Of a DNA stretch of 49,377 nucleotides, positions 47,536 to 49,377 are shown in pieces; the first letter of the stretch is position 1, and each line of letters begins with the position of its first letter. The DNA is taken from the NCBI GenBank assembly GCA_043826455.1, contig JBDRQD010000073.1:1-49377 (forward strand). The letters run 5' to 3'. Origin of the DNA: Candidatus Bathyarchaeota archaeon. GTDB taxonomy: Archaea > Thermoproteota > Bathyarchaeia > TCS64. The notes beneath the pieces were generated by a model. It was given only the letters and a program-made list of their open reading frames with translations, did no database searches and was not told the origin of the DNA. Both the position numbers and the translations under genes were made by a program.

Positions 47536-47932
47536 CGACGCTGTGAAAAGAGAGGCACTTGAGCGCCTCACGGGGCTACTAACAGAGTTCGCCTCTACAG
47601 TTGACCTAGTGCTGGTGGAGGGCCCCAGAGACGTGGAGGCCCTGATGAGCCTAGGGTACACCGGCGAAGTGGCCACGTGCAGCAGGGTCCACGTCAACGA
47701 CGCGGAGCTGGCCGAGATCATCGCCTCGGAGAACAGGAACGTCCTCATCTTGACGGATTTCGATCAGGAGGGGGACGAGCTTAATACAAGGTTCTCTGAG
47801 CTCGTGGAGCACATGGGCGCTGTGGTTGAGAGGGGTCTTCGAGGTGAGGTGGGGCGGATAATGGCTGTCCTGGGTGTCCGCGTTGTGGAGGCATTGGACA
47901 ACGTCAGGGACTCTCTCAGCGAAGGTTATTAG
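47528..47932 (+). CDS. Stand-alone toprim domain protein (RNase M5/primase-like)
   Basis: LVEGPRDVEAL and ILTDFDQEG; start ATG 47528 overlaps the upstream stop. Confidence 0.85.
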   Translation: MPSDAVKREALERLTGLLTEFASTVDLVLVEGPRDVEALMSLGYTGEVATCSRVHVNDAELAEIIASENRNVLILTDFDQEGDELNTRFSELVEHMGAVVERGLRGEVGRIMAVLGVRVVEALDNVRDSLSEGY

Positions 47933-47973
47933 ATTAGTTTAATACGGGCTCCAACCAAGATGTTGTGTCGCGT

Positions 47974-49377
47974 ATGGCCGAGCAGATCATGGACAAGGGC
48001 GTGAAGAGGCAGTTAAAGGCATTACTATGCATGCTGAAGACCAACGTCCACGACCACACCATTTACAGGATAAAGATGAACGAGCTCAGGAGCCTCGTGG
48101 AGGCCATGAACATAGAGGTTGTGGGCGAGGTCATCCAGAGCAGGTTCAAGCCCTTGAGTAAGTTCCACATCGGCAGCGGCAAAGTGAAGGAGCTGAGAAA
48201 GAAGGTCGAGAGCAGCGAAGTGGACATGGTCATCTTCTACAACATCCTGAAAAGCAGCCAGAAGCTCAACCTCCTCCAGGCCCTCAAGTGCGAGGTCATC
48301 GACAGGTACGAGCTCACCTTAGAGATATTCGACAGGATGGCTTCAGACCAGCTAAGCAAGCTCCAGATAGAGGCGGCTCGGCAGGAGAAGATGGCCCCCT
48401 TCTACAAGCTCCAGGCCAGCATCAACTACAGGTACGATCGGCCATTCTTCAGAAGCGGCGGCGAGTACGGGTTCCACGGCCAGCTCAGGGAGCTCACCAG
48501 GAGCCAGGCCAGGATAAGGGAAGAAATCGATAAGCTGATGGAGGAGAAGAGCCAGCAGATATGGAACAGGCGACGGCTAGGGTACCCCCTCATATGCATA
48601 GCGGGGTTTTACAACGCTGGAAAGACTAGCTTGTTCAACGCCTTGACCGGAGACAACAAGCTTGTGAGCGACAGGCCCTTCACTACCCTCACCAGCAAGT
48701 ACCAGCGTAGGTTCATTGACCACGAGACCTCGGTGCTCTTCATAGACACCATCGGCTTCGTCATCGACCTGGACCCCAGGCTCATCCAGAGCTTCAAGCT
48801 GAACCTCCTGGACATCAGGAGCTCGGACCTGGTCATCTTGCTCCTAGAGATCACTGACCCGCCCCTCACTCTCCAGATCAAGCTCAACGAGGGAGTAATG
48901 CTGCTGAAGGAGATCGGCGTCCCCCACGAGAGGATCATCGTGGTCTTCAACAAGCTGGACAAGGCCCCTGAGAAGGAGCACACCATAGGGGACGACGTGA
49001 ACATAAGCAGCCTCAGACTCCCCTGGATAAGTGTCTCAGCAGTGGACCGGATTAACTTCCAGGACTTGCTTAACCTGATAGCAAGCCGACTCAAAGTACT
49101 CAAGACTATGCCCTCGGAGCACGTGGAGGTGTCCAGCTTCAGGAGAGCGGAGACAGCCGTGAACAGGCTGCTCCAGGAGTACCCCTCAGACTACTCTCCC
49201 CCCACTAGAGACCCGTTCAGAGGCCTGGTAGCCACCATGCTGAGCCAGAACACCAACAGGAAGAACCAGTCCACGGCCTACCAGAGACTGGAGGAGATGG
49301 TGGGGATCACACCCGACAAGCTAAACTCTGCCCCCATGGAAGCTATAATTGAAGCCATCAGGCCCGCCGGCATGCAC
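47974..49377 (+). CDS. hflX: HflX GTPase fused in-frame to an endonuclease III (Nth)-like domain; truncated by window end
   Basis: Not in ORF track. 468 stop-free codons: IGSGKVKEL, VIDRYELTLEIF, KLQIE, G1 GFYNAGKTS, PFTTL, DTIGF, NKLD, SA; then RDPFRGLVATMLSQNT...TPDKLNSAPMEAIIEAIRPAGMH. Confidence 0.88.
   Translation, partial: MAEQIMDKGVKRQLKALLCMLKTNVHDHTIYRIKMNELRSLVEAMNIEVVGEVIQSRFKPLSKFHIGSGKVKELRKKVESSEVDMVIFYNILKSSQKLNLLQALKCEVIDRYELTLEIFDRMASDQLSKLQIEAARQEKMAPFYKLQASINYRYDRPFFRSGGEYGFHGQLRELTRSQARIREEIDKLMEEKSQQIWNRRRLGYPLICIAGFYNAGKTSLFNALTGDNKLVSDRPFTTLTSKYQRRFIDHETSVLFIDTIGFVIDLDPRLIQSFKLNLLDIRSSDLVILLLEITDPPLTLQIKLNEGVMLLKEIGVPHERIIVVFNKLDKAPEKEHTIGDDVNISSLRLPWISVSAVDRINFQDLLNLIASRLKVLKTMPSEHVEVSSFRRAETAVNRLLQEYPSDYSPPTRDPFRGLVATMLSQNTNRKNQSTAYQRLEEMVGITPDKLNSAPMEAIIEAIRPAGMH

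Noticed and set aside
1..49377. CRISPR arrays, transposases, rRNA or tRNA genes
   Set aside because: No regularly spaced repeats, transposase-like ORFs or recognisable rRNA/tRNA sequences found by eye

Overview
Archaeal chromosomal segment, mostly GC-rich core genes with an AT-rich accessory-looking left end. Markers include rpoK, EF-2, prefoldin beta, TrmI, Fe-S-type ThiI, an archaellin and IorAB; the gene content resembles a TACK-type lineage such as Bathyarchaeia (inference). Many genes relate to peptide and amino-acid catabolism: M42, S66 and M20 peptidases, an aminotransferase, Ior, acyl-CoA dehydrogenase, a saccharopine/lysine dehydrogenase, an amidinotransferase and a D-glutamate cyclase-like protein. 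The most notable observations are: (1) an ORF missing from the supplied track (47974 to window end) in which an HflX GTPase reads in-frame into an endonuclease III (Nth)-like domain; (2) a well-formed double-guide box C/D sRNA at 14304-14365 (-) whose guides appear antisense to 23S rRNA H69-H71; (3) a three-gene cassette of inactive RadA-like protein, small helical protein and PolB2; (4) a ThyX apparently divided between two coupled genes; (5) several other structured intergenic RNA candidates, an orphan Dam-like methylase, an orphan archaellin and a truncated EVE/PUA-like ORF at the left edge. No tRNA, rRNA, CRISPR array or transposase was recognised.
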